From the NCBI GenBank assembly GCA_965218975.1, contig OZ244717.1, forward strand, positions 1,408,001-1,472,000: DNA of 64,000 nt, in the 5' to 3' direction. The notes under the pieces were generated by a model. That model was given only the letters and a program-made list of their open reading frames with translations. It did not search any database and was not told the origin of the DNA. Every line of letters begins with the position of its first letter. Positions within the stretch are counted from its first letter, which is position 1. Shown piece after piece: positions 61,362 to 64,000 of the stretch. Source of the DNA: Candidatus Oxydemutatoraceae bacterium (GTDB taxonomy: Bacteria > Pseudomonadota > Gammaproteobacteria > Poriferisulfidales > Oxydemutatoraceae). The translations under genes and the position numbers were made by a program.

Positions 61362-64000
61362 CTGTCCGCTCTACAGTTAAAATCATAGTCAAGCAAAGTG
61401 CCGCAGCTTACAAATAGTAATGAGGCTCGTATTCGGCGTTGCGGATAAAGATTTGCGACGCCGTGGGCGTAAGCAGACATTTGACGGTGGTATTGCTTAC
61501 GGAGCATATTCAAACGCTTGCGGGCATTGACTTGTGTCTTATAATCCACGACCCATGCCGCGTCTCGTCCTATACACAGACGATCAATGATTCCGTAATA
61601 CTGATCACCATCTTGCATAAAGCTGATACGTATTTCATTGAAAGCGTGTTGATATATTGTGTCATCAAATAAGCTACGCAAGGATTCCCGCTTCAGTAAG
61701 GCATTCGCTTGTTCTAGCCATTCATCAATCGACCGAATTTCAACATGGCTGAATTCCCGACGAAGGTAGCGGCAGACTTCTTCCTTGGAAATCTTGTTAT
61801 TAAGTAAATGTAAAGCGCGATGAATTATGTTTCCGCGCACTTGCGTATGCAAAAGTTTGCTAACAACCGGCGCCGGCAATTTCTGATGAAGACGACTTGG
61901 CGATACCTCCACCGTTAATTTCGGTATTTGTGATTTTTGCCCATCAACAATATACGTTTTTTTTATGCAAGTATCATCACTTGCTTTGATATTTGCTGTA
62001 ATAAGGGGCAATTTATCGGTGGAGCTTGCGGGCGGTATTGAGGTTAAAGTTTCTACTTGGCCAACGGATTTCAAGCGTTGGTACCAGCTATCTCGGCCTA
62101 TTTTTCCATGCCCTGAAATGTACAAATACTGTCGCGCGCGTGTCAAAGCTACATAGATAATATTGGTTTCTTCTTTATCTTCACGTGCTTTTAATTTTTT
62201 ATAGTGTCCGGAAGTGGATGAGTCAATTTCTTTGACCGGCGGCAATAATAAAAAAGCGGATGGTTTGGCCTGATCAGCATCCCAAATAACTATATTTTTG
62301 TATGTTTTCCCTCTTGATTTTCCTACCGCAGCGGTATCTACCAAAAATACGGCAGCGGCTTCTAATCCTTTCGCTTGATGGATTGTCATCAGGCGAACGC
62401 CGTCGGTTTGGCCGGCCGATAAGTTAATTAAAGAATTGTTATTAACCGCATGTTGATATTTCATATAGCGGTTGAGATATTCTAATAACTGATCGACAGC
62501 GGGATAACGTCCGCCTTCAAAATTTAATGAATAGTTTAAAAAACTCAGTAACCTTTGAGTGCTTAAATCACGTTCGTTTTCGGAAACGGAAAGGCGGTAA
62601 CGGTAAATTAAATCACTTTGCACGTAAATACGGTCCAATAAATCATGTAGCGGTAACTTATCAGTGAGATTAAGCCATTCGTTGAGTTGCGCAATGATAG
62701 GCTCCCAACCGGGGGCATTTTCCGCTGCAATTTTCAGTCGCAGAAACCATGAATCGGCTTGGTCAATGTTTGCTAAAAAAATCAGCTGTTCATCGCTAAT
62801 TGAAAACATAGGCGAACGTAATATTTGGACTAAAGCAACGTCTTCATAAGGGTTTCGTAAGAAACGTAATAATGCAATCAAATCTTGAATTTCGGATTCA
62901 TATAAATCATTCGAGTTGTTACTGACATGAGGGATTTTCAGTTGTGCCAAAGCGGCTTCAAAGCGACATAAATTTTTTCGTCGGCGCGCGAGAATAAGGA
63001 TATCACTGTAGGTCAGAAGCCGACTGTTTTCCGCTGTATGTATTTCAGTGCGTTGTTCGAGCAAATACCGGATTTGATAGGCAACGGCATTTGCTTCGTC
63101 AATGACAGGTTCGTCAATAGATATGGCGGGCGGGTCACGCAATACGTCGCGCCATTGCATCGTTTGTTTTTTAGCGTCTTTATTGAAAAAAGGAAAAATG
63201 GCAACTCTCCCGGCAGCTTGAACAATTGTTTGATGGTTTTTAAAGTCAGGTAATAATTTTTGCGATTTTTCATCTTGAGTAAATACAGCATTGATATAAT
63301 GAGTAATCTCCGGTGATGAACGACGCGACAGGTCCAGACGATATTCTTTACCCGCAAGGTGCTGTTTAAACCAACGAGTGACTTCTTTTTGCAGTTCCGG
63401 ATTAGCGCGGCGAAAACCATAGATTGATTGTTTGGCATCGCCGACAATAAACGCACTACCATAACGCTCTTGCGCTACTATTTCTTTTAACAACGGTTCG
63501 ACCAACAACCATTGATTCGGATTGGTATCTTGAAATTCATCAATCAAGATATGACGAATTTTGCGATTCAGTCTATAACTCATCCATTCCGTTTCAGGAG
63601 TATTAAGTAATTTACTTGCATAATGTTCCAGATCTGAGAAATCAAGCATTTGTCTGCTATCTTTTAGATTTTGGTAGATAGTAATTAACTTCTGGCCCAA
63701 CAGATACCACAATTGATTGCGTTTCCAATTTTTCCGTTTAAGTAATGTATCATGTAATCGTTCCATTTCTTCTATGATGACGGTGCGGTTGTAATAAAAT
63801 TTATCCACGGTTATTTTTAATTTTTGCAATGTTTGTTGTAGGCGATCGTTTGGATCGGAATCGCGCTGTGTCTCATCTGTACGATAAAAAACTGTTTGAA
63901 GCTTTTCTAAAATTTGATTATCAAGTGCCTTCTGAGGAACCCTAATGATTGCTTGAATAGTTTCTGCATGTTTTAAGTCGGATATATTTCCTCGAGCTTG
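61358..64000 (-). CDS. addA: UvrD-family helicase-nuclease, AddA/RecB type (5' partial; frame open to window end)
   Basis: IDEFQDT, VGDAKQSIYGFR, MTIHQAKGLE, YVALTRAR, then nuclease G..IH, GIIDRL, VDYKT, Q..AY; no stop between 63829 and 64000. Confidence 0.8.
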   Translation of the reverse strand, partial: QARGNISDLKHAETIQAIIRVPQKALDNQILEKLQTVFYRTDETQRDSDPNDRLQQTLQKLKITVDKFYYNRTVIIEEMERLHDTLLKRKNWKRNQLWYLLGQKLITIYQNLKDSRQMLDFSDLEHYASKLLNTPETEWMSYRLNRKIRHILIDEFQDTNPNQWLLVEPLLKEIVAQERYGSAFIVGDAKQSIYGFRRANPELQKEVTRWFKQHLAGKEYRLDLSRRSSPEITHYINAVFTQDEKSQKLLPDFKNHQTIVQAAGRVAIFPFFNKDAKKQTMQWRDVLRDPPAISIDEPVIDEANAVAYQIRYLLEQRTEIHTAENSRLLTYSDILILARRRKNLCRFEAALAQLKIPHVSNNSNDLYESEIQDLIALLRFLRNPYEDVALVQILRSPMFSISDEQLIFLANIDQADSWFLRLKIAAENAPGWEPIIAQLNEWLNLTDKLPLHDLLDRIYVQSDLIYRYRLSVSENERDLSTQRLLSFLNYSLNFEGGRYPAVDQLLEYLNRYMKYQHAVNNNSLINLSAGQTDGVRLMTIHQAKGLEAAAVFLVDTAAVGKSRGKTYKNIVIWDADQAKPSAFLLLPPVKEIDSSTSGHYKKLKAREDKEETNIIYVALTRARQYLYISGHGKIGRDSWYQRLKSVGQVETLTSIPPASSTDKLPLITANIKASDDTCIKKTYIVDGQKSQIPKLTVEVSPSRLHQKLPAPVVSKLLHTQVRGNIIHRALHLLNNKISKEEVCRYLRREFSHVEIRSIDEWLEQANALLKRESLRSLFDDTIYQHAFNEIRISFMQDGDQYYGIIDRLCIGRDAAWVVDYKTQVNARKRLNMLRKQYHRQMSAYAHGVANLYPQRRIRASLLFVSCGTLLDYDFNCRADS

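Overview
A dense, almost entirely housekeeping 64 kb stretch (roughly 43-44% GC by eye) from a Gammaproteobacterium-like genome. Gene order: TPR-lolB-ispE-tRNA-Gln-prs; tRNA-Val-thrS-infC-rpmI-rplT-pheS-pheT-ihfA-merR-like-tRNA-Pro; lepB-rnc-era-recO-pdxJ-acpS-cysM-exonuclease; dapE-dapD-map (minus); rpsB-tsf-pyrH-frr-uppS-cdsA-dxr-rseP-bamA-skp-lpxD-fabZ-lpxA; an inverted gnnA-gnnB-lpxB block; rnhB-dnaE-accA-tilS-pyrG-kdsA-eno-ftsB-ispD-ispF-yoaA-tsaB; valS-pepA (minus); lptF-lptG, an RDD gene, xerD-dsbC, and a partial AddA-type helicase-nuclease. I found no CRISPR array, prophage, transposase or defence island, and no new multi-gene system that I can support. The clusters look streamlined: rplY-pth, lepA, rlmD, glnD and holC are absent from their usual positions. 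The best leads are (1) a GnnA/GnnB diaminoglucose lipid A module inverted in place, with odd LpxA/LpxD acyl-ruler residues; (2) an unannotated 151-bp TGTA...TACA rod-hairpin element flanked by CAA repeats at 4245-4395; (3) CCGG excess with CCAG/CTGG deficit, suggesting CCGG methylation plus very-short-patch repair; (4) a thrS operator hairpin whose anticodon mimic reads AGC instead of NGU, alongside other apparent losses of translational feedback and of encoded tRNA CCA ends. All counts, alignments and pairings were done by hand, and reference sequences are recalled, not searched.
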